This document shows positions 1 through 12,300 of a stretch of DNA of 64,000 bases, piece by piece. Below the pieces are notes generated by a model, which was not told the origin of the DNA, did not search any database, and saw only the letters and a program-made list of their open reading frames with translations. The stretch comes from Tubiluchus corallicola (lineage: Eukaryota > Animalia > Priapulida): contig JAQGDQ010000023.1 in NCBI GenBank assembly GCA_030141605.1, positions 620,001-684,000 of the forward strand. Direction: 5' to 3'. Numbering within the stretch: the first letter of the stretch is position 1; every line of letters begins with the position of its first letter. Both the position numbers and the translations under genes were made by a program.

Positions 1-742
1 AGGATGGGCAAAGGATCTAGTTGAATCTTGGCTGTCAAGGTATGACAGCATCATCAAACAAGAAGCTTATGTTCATGGTACAGCCAGGCGATGGTGTAAG
101 TTGATTATAATCTTAAGTGTTCTTTGATAGGTGTGCCCATGTTAATAAGTGTGTCCATGGGATGCCAATGATATTTTAGCTGCAAAGATAAGAAAAATGT
201 AATTTATTTTGTGTCTTTCAATGAATAGAACCATAAACATGGAATTTACTAGCATCTCACTTCTATAAAGAGTACAAAAATGTACTGAGTCTGTTTGCTT
301 TGTTTTTTTTTTCATTTTGTAGGCCTACTCATAACATTTTGCCAATTCTTAACATGGTTTCTAATAAATATAAAAATTTTGGTCAATAAAAATTGTGGCC
401 AGAGAAGCTAAGTTTATAAGTTGTAACAGCATATAGTTTATTCATTGACGTCAAAAACGTCTTAATTTTCACACTCATTCTTTTGCAGATTCTAGAAGAA
501 ATAAATTAGACCTTGGTAATGTTGGAAAGCAAATTACCGAAGAAAGCTATGAGAAACAGCCAATTGTTCTAGTCAGAGTGGACAACGTTAACTGTCACCG
601 TAAGTCATGTAGTGAGTGTGCACAAATAAAAGAAAACCATGGGAACAGAAATCGGAAAAGGAAAAGATCATTTTCATGTGACACCTCTGATCAGGTTTTT
701 GCTTCCTATCTGCCATTTGTTAAACCTTCTTTGAATAGTTGA
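1..742 (+). CDS. 3' end (last two coding exons) of an unidentified spliced gene
   Basis: Exon <1-95 reads GWAKDLVESWLSRYDSIIKQEAYVHGTARRW and ends T|GTAAGT. Exon 489-742 starts after TTTTGCAG, is phase-compatible, stays open for 84 codons (YSRRNKLDLG...NCHRKSCSEC...RNRKRKRS...KPSLNS) and ends TGA at 740-742. Family not recognised. Confidence 0.7.
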
Positions 743-2424
743 CTCAGTGTGACCTGCAGTCACTATCAACAACTCCCAAGACACTGTGGCTGATTAGTAA
801 AAGTAATGCTTAAAAAAGCTTAGCAATGTTTAGGTCTAACTAATGTTGCCTTGAACAGCATACCTTTTCAATATTTTGACTGTAATTTTGCAATCAAATG
901 TAAACATTATCCTAAGCTTATTATCATATAGATTTGTAATAGTACTTATTAATGTCCTATCTGTGTTCAGTTGATCTGCTTTTGTTTGGCACAAATAGTG
1001 TACCTGAGACTATGCATACGGCACAAGCAACAATTATTCAACCACGTGTGATGTTATTTTTACTTTTATACACTGTGATCTTGAAGTTGACCCTGAAGAA
1101 TGTTTCTAGTTTCAAACAAAAAAATGGTTCAATTGATGACAAGACACGAGCATTTCTGTATAATGTTTTGTCAATTTTATTAAACAACTTTGCTCCAAAT
1201 ACACAACACACTGCAAGCAAATTCTAAAGACAAAGGGAAGAATTTTACTCTTCATTTTTACGAACAAATAAAGCAAATTTCAGAAAGATACATTTTCATT
1301 TTGACAAAGGAAGTATTCTTTGCGTTTTACCTGCTTTGTACACATTTTTTGGACTCCGCTGAAGGTGTTTTGGTACTGGCTGCTACAGCTATGAAATTTT
1401 TTAATGGTAGAGTCCTGTTCGATTAGCCTGTTATACTTCAAGCGATAACTAAACTTCTATCTACGAAGCACCATAATTACTATCACCTATATATACAGTA
1501 TACAGTAATCTCACTTGCATACAGTTTCTCAAATTAATTTTATTAAAAAAGTAAAATATTTAAATTTAACAACAGCTTAAATTACATGTATATCAAAACA
1601 TTTAATAAAAGTACCTAAGGCAAGTCCTATAAATACACAATTTTATAAATGTGCCAGTTGTGCCTTTACATAGGTAATCCATTCACAGTATGCACAAAAT
1701 AAAGGAATATGCTCATGGTCTTTATTCTTCTATATTGTCCCAAAACCGAGCTATTGATATCTTTATGCTACATTATGCACAACTTGGCCAGTGGCAACCG
1801 TGAAATTTTATTATGAAAGATCGTTCCCGATCATTTCAGTTTAACAACATGTAACTGTGATCATGCTCAATTTAGTATAGATGTTTTTTTCAGAAACCTA
1901 CATAGGTGCAACTGCTAGTTAATTTTATTTCTTGCTTTGGCTACACATCACAGATTGTCTGAATTATCAAGTTGATGAAGCATTACAGGAATATTGTAAC
2001 AGGATATATGACAGAAAATATTGTATAATCTTATTTTTTACAGTTTCCGTCAATTATTTTAGTCTGACAGCACTATGGATTATTAGTAAAATAGGTCACA
2101 TATATAAATTGAATGAAGATCAATAATTTGCTTATTTTTAAACAATGCCTTATAAAATATATAACAATTTCATATAAAGCCATATCGTAATTAACAGAAT
2201 GGTTATCACACTGCAGCTTTCAAATTAGGCTAAAACGTAAAAAGAAATGCAGCAAAAATATTTTGAGTAACAAGACAAGCATTCTAAAAAATTCACACAT
2301 AAAGTTCACAAGCAATTGTATATCAACAGTTTATTACTTATCACTTGCAGTTGGTAAAACATAACATACAGGCCAAAACTCCACTTTTGTTGATCACTCT
2401 TGTTTCTCTCTTTGTAAGACTCGA

Positions 2425-5400
2425 TCATTGTTTTAACTTTCTCTCTTTGTAAGATTTGTACTCCGTAATAGCTTTATTTGCTGTGTTTAAGTAATTAGGC
2501 AATCCAAACTGAAAAGAAAAGTTATAATAATGTGAACGACACAAACTTAGCTGAAGCATAAAAGCATAAGCTTTATTTTCCACTTAGGTTATCTTCACCT
2601 GGAATGATACCTTAGTTGAGGTTAATAATGTTTCCATATAGCGCTATCTAAACAGCTATAAATAAAATGTTTGAGGTAATACTAAAGAGTACAATTGATT
2701 TTAGATATTTCAGAAGAAAAATAAATAAGTTGATGTGAATGAAAAATTTTGGAAATTTACATCATGTGAGCAAGTTTAATAATGTACACATTCAATGTAC
2801 ATGCAACGGCTGCAGGAAAGCCTAATAACTTTGATCCGGAAATATCTGTTAGTAGATATACTGTTAGTAGTTCACAACACCAATATTGTAAACAGTACGA
2901 GCAATAGTGCATTATAAATGATAAGCTGGTTGTCCTTTAATTTACATAAAGATCATTGTAATTCATATTTGCTAAAAATAATAAACTGGCTGTCAAAAAT
3001 AATCTGTTTACTCATCAGATATTAATCAACAAAAATACCTTTGCTGCCCAGTTGATTAACCACACAGGAAGCATACCACCTGGATTTTCATACGTTTGAA
3101 AAAATGCTGAAAAATTAAAACCTAGGTAGTTAGTTGATCACATTAGGGATCTAATGTGATATTTACCTAATAAAGCAATTATTAATTATGATCCAGTATT
3201 TTCATGAACATGAAATGATGTTGCTACCCGCTACAGATTTTCTCTCACTTTATGGAAACACTTATGAGGCGTACAGTTCTAATGTAAATTTTAAATACAA
3301 CACACATGCGTGCCAGCCCATCTCTCAAATATTTATCTTAATTCAAAAGATCAGTGGAAGAATTAAGACAGCAAATTGTTACTTGTGAGTTTTTATCTTA
3401 GGCACTCGTAGATTAACAGAAATTTGTCTATATTTACATGGATGTGTCTACAGAGTTAAAATTCAATGTATAAACACATTTAAGATTGGATTTAACGTAG
3501 CATTTTCTTCTGAAACTGACAGCTGCCAGATATTGCCATTCCAAAAAAATGCTGAACTTGTCTTATAAGTAGATATGACTAAATATGGGGTTCGGATAAT
3601 ACTAATTGGATGATCATTAACTAGGGACGTCTTCGTTTTATGAAATATAAGATGGATTGTAGAGGAAGTGAATATTATGTTATGAGTGCCTACTCTGTCT
3701 TTCAGCCAGTAGGTTTATATGCTGCAAATATGCTCTAAGCTCAGAGTAAAGGTACCAGTTCTGTTAGATGGCTTCACATCGGTATTGAATAAAAGCATCT
3801 CAATTTTGGCAGTAAAAAGCAGTTTTATGATGTTGACTGACAATTGTTACAGTTTTCCATTAAACAAACGTAGTTTGATTGACAAAAATTCCGCTTACCT
3901 TTAGTTCCGCTTTGACCATTCTCCTGCCAGCTGGTATAACCAACATACTGTTTATACTCATTCACTCTCACAATTCCTGGCCGTGGAGGTTCGGAGGAAA
4001 ATGCTTCACCATAGCTGATGATAATGTGCATGTGTATTCCATTTACATCAACTTCTTCATATATTCGCTTGTATGTATACTTGAACATGTTAAAGAAATT
4101 TAGTTGCATATTCAAATCTTTACAAATGCAAAATAATAAAGCCATTTTGTCCACATAAACAAACTATAACTTACTTTAGTTGTTTTTCTCATTCTAATTA
4201 CAGCCACAGGAGGCAGTAACAGGCCTACAATCAGGGTATTATCACATGGTTTTCACAAAAACAGTTTAAACATGGTTAAATCTAATAATGATAAAAAGAT
4301 ACATCTCTGTTTGATAGTGGAAATGGGTATTTCACTTGCCAGTACAAGCCTGACCGAAGTCCATCTCTGAATTCATAAAGATCTGTAAATACACATTTAT
4401 TAGACAAGAATCGTGAGAGTATCACATTTCTCATAATTGAGGCACCATTATGTGATGTGACTTTGAGGTGCTTAATTTGTTTAAAAAGTCCTTTTTGATT
4501 TAATTTGACTGAACCAAGCATTCTCATTTTGATTTATGTACATGGAATGTTAAGAAAAATATATTTCATTATGCTGTATGAGTGTACACCAAGGAATGGT
4601 GCTCGCTGTGACTTCATTTATTTAAACTGAAGATGTTGTGTGCCTATCATTGCATTAACTTCACCAAGTTCGTTTTGGCTTCATTATCCAGCACTTACCA
4701 ACAGCATAGCTATCCCACTCTAGCCTGTAATCTGTGTCCAGATAAACTTCTATTGACTCTTCGGGGGTTATATCCTGCACTACTCCATAGACTTTGTATT
4801 CATACAGACCAGAGTCCTACAATTCAAAATAAAAAAGTACGTGTGTCTTTACTGACGAAGGCTGTACATGCATTTGAATAGCATCTAACAACCCAAATTG
4901 CTTTGTAATTAATATTAATAACAGAGTATTGGGCAATATATTTTTCAGAGCCCTGGGTCGGCCAAACAACTGGAAAATGGGGACCCAATAATTTCAATTT
5001 ATTAGTGTATTCATTATTGAATTGTTTTATTATTGGTAAGACTTTTGGATAATCTATATTTCAGCACATTCAGGCGACTAAGCAAATGAAAACTGTCAGC
5101 GTTTTGGGACAACTGAACTTAATCAATAAGAAGTGGCAGCACTAAAATAAAAACGACTTCTGCAAACGGTCAGGATACAATATGCGGCTACTTCGGGTCG
5201 ACCCTAAAGTTGGGCATAAAATACTGATCTTTTCCATGCGCCTGATGTCGACCTTTCCTGTCGCCCGCCAACTTACTCTTCTGCTTTACTGTGTAGCCTG
5301 TCTATTTTGGGTGGGCGGAAAAGACGACACCTTTTTTAGGGCTACCGTGAGCGACCAGGCACTAAAATAATAGATAACCAAGTTTTCTTCAATTTAAATT

Positions 5401-5538
5401 TACCTCATGATATTTTCTGTATACCATCACTTTATTATAATCGGCGAAAAATTCGTAGCCGTCTAAGTTTGGCTGCAACAGCTCTTTATAAACATCTTCA
5501 ACTAGTTTACGTTCCAATGGTTCCTTAAACGGTTCCAT
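2425..5538 (-). CDS. PCTP: Phosphatidylcholine transfer protein-like START-domain protein (about 221 aa, 6 coding exons)
   Basis: Exons complement(5404-5538, 4699-4816, 4303-4382, 3899-4079, 3039-3106, 2425-2508), all GT-AG with consistent phases. Motifs SGLYEYKVYG, YLDTDYRLEWD, YWQVKYPFPLSNRDY, GIVRVNEYKQ and ENPGGMLPVWLINWAAKFGLPNYL match recalled PCTP/STARD2 motifs (GLYEYKVFG, YWEVKYPFPMSNRDY, DNPGGQIPSWLINWAAK). Confidence 0.92.
4080..4302 (-). other. U12-type (minor spliceosome) GT-AG intron in the PCTP-like gene
   Basis: Donor GTATCTTTT (U12 consensus RTATCCTTT). Branch motif TTTCTTTAAC (consensus TTCCTTAAC) at 4098-4089, about 11 nt from the AG. No polypyrimidine tract. Confidence 0.75.
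5151..5358. mobile_element. About 210-bp GC-richer insertion in PCTP intron, flanked by a 12-bp direct repeat
   Basis: GCACTAAAATAA at 5139-5150 and 5359-5370. The interior is visibly more GC-rich than its flanks and has hairpin potential. Confidence 0.4.
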
Positions 5539-5805
5539 GACGACAAAAAACCCCCAAACGAAAAATAAAAGTAATTACAGTAAGCTGACATGCCACTACC
5601 CTTCTTCTGTTGCACAAACAAGCCTTTCTCGTAAAATTAACGTTTGCGTGACGCACCGCCAAAAAGATAACTGTAATTGTATTACTGCAGCACTCCATCA
5701 TGAAAATATGGCCGCGAATTATTTAAACGACTTTATATAAAAGCAGATTAAAAAACCCTTAAATTACGTTTTGAAAAATTCGCCTTGAAATTTCGAATCA
5801 CTTAC

Positions 5806-5904
5806 ATACTGTCTTATTGCGCACAGAGCTTGTGTTAGCAAAACAATGTTGTGGAAAACTTGAAAATTTAAACTCCCTTGGTGACATGCGTTAAATACAG
5901 CCAT
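5806..5904 (-). CDS. Candidate upstream first exon of the PCTP-like gene (33 codons)
   Basis: CAAAATGG start context at 5904, 99 nt open frame (MAVFNACHQGSLNFQVFHNIVLLTQALCAIRQY) and strong donor GTAAGTG at 5805. It joins in frame to a TTTAAG|GAA acceptor at 5523. Confidence 0.5.
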
Positions 5905-6871
5905 TTTGATGGTAAGTTGTTTGAAACAAGTTTAGATAACATAGCGTAAAGTTCGAAAGAACAACCAGAGCGTTCTAGCCCATTTTTCACTGACTGAGCA
6001 AAAGTACTGAACGTAAAACAGAGAAATAAAACTGTATGGGAGATATTTTAAAATTATTGTTTCTTTTCGTTTAAAACAAAACCACTCATTATGCAACTTT
6101 CGCGTGTTGTTGGTCCTGAAAATGCGAGGCGGGATAATTTACTAATTATTTGTTTGGATATATTGTACTAATGTTCATAAGTCATAATTTTTTTAAGCTC
6201 GGTGGAATTATGTCCAAAAATCATAGTTTGTGATTCTTTTCTGGAAAATTTTTCGCATGCTTTTTAACTCTTCATTTGAGAGAATTAAAAAAGTATGTGT
6301 TTTCAAAAATGGCTTTATTGCATCCACGAAAAGAGTGCACTCGCGAGTTCACATACTGGCATATTCCGACATAAACACTTTTTCAATCAGATTAAATTTA
6401 GCTGCTATTTTAAATCGGGTTTGTTTCCCAATTTTGCTTGTTGCCCTTTCAATTTCAATAAGTGTATGTAACAGCTTTGTAGCTTAATTATGGCACTTTA
6501 AAATTGTAGTGCAACTCGCTAATACAATTTACTGGACGAATAGCGACTGTTCACATCAGAATTTTTATTTCTTTTAAGTTAGCACTATTTTTTACTATAA
6601 ACATCTATCATACACGTTAAGCAGAACTGGAGAGATGATGAGTAAAAAGCATTTTGTAGTTTAGGATTCTCTCTATAATGGCCTAAATGGCTTTTCTGGC
6701 AAATACATTTTATTACATGATTTGTTATGAAAAAGAGAGTTAATACTGTTTAACTATTCCATAGACACCAACATGGCGTGGCAGCGGTGGCGTCGCATAT
6801 CGTGTCACCGTGCACCTGTGTAGAGTCTTGCTATATGTATAGTTATGAATGTTTTACATATTGTTTACGAC

Positions 6872-7239
6872 TAAGGGTGAGCATCGAACGTTCGAATTCG
6901 AATCGAACGAGTGTTTTAGTTCGAATTCGATTCGAACCTTAAATTATAGATTCGAATAATTCAGAACTTGAACCACATACGTTCTTCATCATCAAAACAT
7001 TTGAAACATCACGCCATTAGCACAGTTTAGCTGTGATTTTAGTGCACAATTTCTTTAACAAATTATCGGTGGTTTTACTGCAGAAAAATCGAGCAACATG
7101 CATGATCTTTGTAAGATCACTTCTTACTGGCGGTTCGAAAATCTTTCAAACTGTACTGAAATTCGGTTCGATTCGAATTCGAAAGTCACAAACTCGATCC
7201 GATTCGAATTCGCTTTGCGGTAGAGAATATTTACCTCTA
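6872..7239. mobile_element. hAT-type MITE with 8-bp target-site duplication
   Basis: TTTACGAC at 6864-6871 and 7240-7247. Imperfect termini TAAGGGTGAGCAT / ATATTTACCTCTA. Clusters of TTCGAAT/ATTCGAA palindromic motifs near both ends. Confidence 0.65.
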
Positions 7240-7788
7240 TTTACGACTGTTAGTTAGAGTAGGGTTTTGAAGAAAAAACGAAGCACGTTTATTCACTGCG
7301 CTTTAACCCTGCGTGTTTAAAGTTTTAATATTTAAACTTTACAATTTACCTATAAAATTTTATATCCCTTTTCCTTACCACTTTTCTGTCACTGCGATGC
7401 GATGTCAGCACCATCACCACTGTTACTGCTGTTGCAGTTCTGCCAATAAATAACGTTGAATAATTACAGTAAGTTATGACAATAATATTGATAATGACAA
7501 CGTCAACGCTAGTGATGATGATAATAATGATGACGATTATGGCAAAGGTGAGTTGCTTGGTGAGTTGGAAACCTTTCATTTTTTGCTCAAAGAATTCTGA
7601 AATATACCTACATGGATGGAATAGTCATGGATAAAATTTTAGCCGCCACGCACTATTAATTACAGTATGAACTTAACAAACCAGACTTTCCTAGTACCAT
7701 ATTTCCTCCCTACTGATTAAACATCTTTATTTTCTAGTTGAAATATTTATTTTATACCGAGATATAGAAATGCTGCCTTTTTCGTTTA

Positions 7789-7922
7789 ATACCAAATTTT
7801 CCAGTACCAAATTTGCCTGTACCAAAATTATCGCAGACTAAAAGCTTCTAGCAACAAATTTTCGTGGTACAAAAATTTCCTGGTAACAAAATTACTTGTA
7901 CCAAACTTATTGGTACTAAGCT
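7789..7922. repeat. Degenerate ~15-bp tandem repeat (GTACCAAATTTTCC-like)
   Basis: About 9 successive units of TACCAAA(A/T)TT-like sequence. Confidence 0.6.
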
Positions 7923-8539
7923 TTCTTACATTCATGCTGGACTTGTATCCAATGCCATTTGAACTACGAGAAACTAATAAATCTTTTAGCATTCTGCTTG
8001 AGCTCGGGAAGTTTGAGGATACGGGAAGCTCGTTACGATCTGCGAGCTGAGATCCAAGGGCAATAAATGCAGCCATCATGTAGGCCTAGGTGATTGCAGG
8101 GAGATTTATCTCATTATTAAATAATATAATTCTGTAAGATAAGACACCCGCGTAGCAGAGTTGTTTCAATCATATTCGACTGTATTTATGCCTTTATGCC
8201 TACATCGACTAAACAGACATTAGACACGCTCTGTAGTTTTTAGGAAGTAAATTATTTATTATTATTAATTTATTGACCATTAAAATTTACATTAAACAAT
8301 ACAACAGTTTATATTAAAAGTCACACAGTAAAATCATTGCACAGTTTAAATCAAACATGTTGCAACTAAAACACGTTCGTGATAAAAAAATCATTAAATT
8401 AAACTTCACTATGTCCAGGGTTGAAATGTGAACGATAACTGCTTGTTGTACTTTGACATATTTTGAAATAATTGCAAGAAATAATTAATGATCCACGTAA
8501 CAATGGAACGATAGTAATGAGAATTTTGAAACAGTTAAT

Positions 8540-9110
8540 AAATTAGCATAAATCAAAACACTCTCTAATAAACCTAGCCAACATGTTAGTATCAAATTTA
8601 AACAAGTCACCAATTGATGTGAAATCGAGTATTGCATATTTATTTCTTAACTCCGCGCTATGGGCACAACAACAGAAAACAAGTTCCTCGCTTTGGGTCG
8701 AGGAGTTGTCGCAACTGCAAACTCTGTGCTCCCTAGGTAGACGGGCCTGTCGGCCCAACTCACTTCGTAGGTTATGCAACGAAAGTTTAGCCTCTGTGTA
8801 GGCAATCCTTCCCGTTCAGCTATAGGGTCCTCCCTAGAAACATATATGGGGCTAACTACTAAATAAGAGTTGATAGATTTGTATGTTTGGAACTTTGTTC
8901 CGACCACATCAGAAGTAAAATTTAACCGCTCGCGTTTGTCATCCGCAACAATATCCATACTAAGAATGGGTAACACTCTATTTCTAATATATACAGCAAG
9001 TTTACTGTCGCACCTGTTAGCAATATTGAAATATGTTAGCAACTGTTCATGTTTTTCAGGATTAATAAAAAAAATTTCCAGAAGCTAACACATATGCCTT
9101 CACAGACGGC
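8540..9110 (-). mobile_element. Decayed non-LTR retrotransposon, ORF2 C-terminal region
   Basis: HNLRSELGRQARLPREHRVCSCDNSSTQSEELVFCCCAHSAELRNKY resembles the H-L-E-GR...P-E-R-C-C...E-E-H-C...LR-KY Cys-rich tail of LINE ORF2. It is frameshifted relative to the upstream fragment (8647-9042). Confidence 0.7.
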
Positions 9111-9674
9111 ATATCAAGCTCAAATAGGTCATAAATTTGGTTTTAGACATGTTTATAACCATTTCGGAATTACTGCAAAAACGAACTAGTACATTTAGCT
9201 TATCAATTAGGCCTTGACGTTATAAAGTGTTTATGAAAATAGCAAAACAATACAAAACTGCTACCAGATTATAATGTGTGCTAAACTTAGTTATGTTCCT
9301 ACAGACTGCATACGAGATTTTTAATCCCAAAAAGCTGTGCGTTTTTACAATAGCAGCAAAATAATTAAACGAGTTAGCTCCAGCATGTAGTATGGTATTT
9401 AATTTATTGGATTCAACACATAATTTAAGATTGTACAACAAATATTTAAAAATAAACATTGCACATTACAACTTTGCATTCTGAGTGGCAGTAATGCAAA
9501 AGCATATTATAAGAATAATCTTCATTTAGGTAATTCAATTACATTATTACATTAGTTTGCCATATGTTTAAACAATCTTTAACAAAATTGTAAAATAATC
9601 CTAGTACTTTGCGTTGGGATTAGCCAAAAGATTTGAATTTTGAGTTATATCAAGGAAGTCAGTAAATATTATTT

Positions 9675-9783
9675 GGAAGGAGTTTACAATTCCCCACACA
9701 ATTTAAATACCCTAACGGTTAACCCTAACCCTGACGAACTCGCTTCACGAATTAATTTCTTGTGCGGGTGAAATTCTAAACTT
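9675..9783. mobile_element. Short TIR element with TAACCC core (same family as 46722-46899)
   Basis: GGAAGGAGTTTACAATTCCCCACACAATTTAAATACC is nearly identical to the start of the 46722 copy. Inverted repeat TGTGCGGGTGAAATTCTAAACT at 9761-9782. Confidence 0.65.
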
Positions 9784-10269
9784 GATAGTTAATTAATAAG
9801 GACATGGCAGATAATTCGATTTAAACTGCATTTTATTAACAGTAACAAAATATAAACAGACGAAAAATATTATGTTGCGACACCTAAGATGATAAACAAT
9901 ACTATATGCAGGACTGAACTATCATATAGGCTAGTATAGGCTGCTGCCCTGGGCCTCTCCAGCTTGGAAGCCCAAAGCTTGAGTGGCAATGCTGTTTTTT
10001 TGTAAAATAAGTGTAATATTTCGATATTTTGCATTGCTGTATAGTTCATTTAACCTTAAATAAAACTCCAATTTTAAAAAAGGAGGTTCTTTGAAACAAC
10101 CCATTAATTAGTTTTAATTTTTATTTTAATTCAGTACATATAGTACCATATTACATATATTAACAGCACAGATAAAAATGATTGATAAAACAGATTAGAA
10201 TTACTAACTAAAATCTAAAATATGTATTAAAAACGCCTTGCCTAAGAATTTACAACTTAATATCATCAT

Positions 10270-10400
10270 TTAGGTGGAGACTCGAATAAAGCATCAGAAT
10301 TTATACAACCACAAACTAGAATGTCTTTTTTACTTGCAAGTATGTGACTTCTTAAACTATAGCAGCTCTTTCTAATTAATGCTTTAATGTGTGGAACTTT
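10270..10400 (-). mobile_element. LINE 3' fragment, same family as 63140-63520
   Basis: Reverse complement AAGAGCTGCTATAGTTTAAGAA...TAGTTTGTGGTTGTATAAA aligns by eye with 63401-63470. Confidence 0.6.
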
Positions 10401-11696
10401 ATTATGTGCACACACAGGAGGAGGAACTGGAGGAAGACTCGAAAGCATAATGCTCCTTCCTCCTCCTCACAGTCACTCGTTTATTTTGTATTATAATGTA
10501 ATAACAATTTGTATGCATCTTTATATGTACGATTTGCTGTGGAATAAATTCATAATTCAACATATATAAGACGCTCATTTCTTTTACTGCAGAAAAAGAC
10601 ACGAAGAGCCTTATTATTTTGTTAGTAGTCAATTAATTAATCAGTTACAAAATCAGTTGTGGCAAGTGACTCTATAAACTTCCTTGCGTCACACTGTTGT
10701 GCTCAGTAAGACGGATTGGCTTCTTTAATTCTTAATAGACCGCATAAAAGTAAAGATGAAAATCATCAGTATTATCTGCAAAAAATGCACAAAGAAAACT
10801 GTTAATTTTTCATACTAATTATTAACATATGCTTTGTTTGACAGACATTCCTTACTTCTCCCTTTTCTCCCTTTTCTCCCCCCCCCCCTCTCCCTTCGCC
10901 TCTCTCTCTTTCCTAATATTATATATGCATTGTGTAATCTGTACCTCTAGAGCAGCAGCGATGAAAGTCATCCATACCATGACGTTGATGTACTCCAGAA
11001 ACAGACTATTTACATAATCGCTGCACCCCTAGATATAAAAAAAGTACTTTTGCTAACATCTTTTCTTTCGTATTGTACTGTCGACAAGCTTGCAGTAGCT
11101 AATTTCTAAATGCACTTTTTTCCCCACAAAAGCAGAACCAAACACAGTTTTTATGTAATTTTGTACATTAAGGAAACATCGTGCCAATGAAGTTACGCTT
11201 CCATGACCAGCTCCAACCAGATTTTGCCAGCCGTGCAACCTCGAGTCATTTCATGGACCATCATGTAGATTATGAAAATTACATTCTCTGGGAGGCTAAT
11301 ACATATAGGCTTATACGTATATACAGTATTGCAGAATACTAGTGGCCATGTGTATCAATAGTATAGCACCTGCTGGAGCTTTTCAATGATTGTCTTCGAA
11401 TTTGATAAATTCCTTTTCTTGAACTTATAATGTAAATTATTAGCTTTTCTGTAACTGAATTTATTTACTCTCTAGAATGTATTTTGTTGCTACAAAGTTG
11501 ATACACCTAATTGTGGACCCGGAAACCGTTTTAAGTTTTATTGATCACAAATATACGACGACGTCGATAAAAATCAATAACTTTATTACATTGCAAAGCC
11601 TAAAGTGTTGAGACCATGTAATAATAACAAATGGGAAAGGGTTAAAAAGAATAGTATTATTACTTACCACATATAAATCATTTATTGCTATTTGTT

Positions 11697-12300
11697 ATCA
11701 AGATAGGATAAGATAAGAATGTTTATTTCACAATGCATAACAACAATAATATATATACAAAAATGGTCTCACTTTAAATACAAATTAGATAACATTGTGA
11801 GGGGGACGAAGAAGCAGGCCATCTAGTCGTCACCCAGAGCAATTATTACACAGTAATTTATGCAGTTTAAACAATTCTTTACATACTAGATTTGGACTAG
11901 TATCTTATGCATGAACAATTGTTTTAAGAAATTATAAGCATCAAATAACAATGTTTGAACAAATACAGCAAATAACAGTTATACACAGATATTTAGTACT
12001 GAGCATTTTATACTAAATCACGAATATTTTGATGGTAGATTATATTTGATAACTTTTTTAAATTGATATTGATTTAATTCGTTAATATTAAAAGGTGTTT
12101 CATTCCACAGCATTATAGCTTTAAAAGTTGTAATTTTCCTAAATACATAGTTCTATGGGGCGGCATGTAGTAGTATGTTGTATTATAACTGTGAATTTCA
12201 CTGACTCGTTGGAAATATGATTGAAATTCATTGTGATAGTATAAGATATGCAAGTAATAACTACAACATGCCGCCCCATAGAACTAACTACAACTTTCAA
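11697..12300 (-). mobile_element. 5'-truncated CR1/L2-like LINE with (ATCTT)n tail and inverted 5' segment
   Basis: Minus-strand remnant ...IMLWNETPFNINELNQYQFKKVIK, followed by AATAAA and an ATCTT-repeat tail at 11697-11728. An inverted copy of TAGTTCTATGGGGCGGCATG lies at 12267-12286. Confidence 0.55.
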
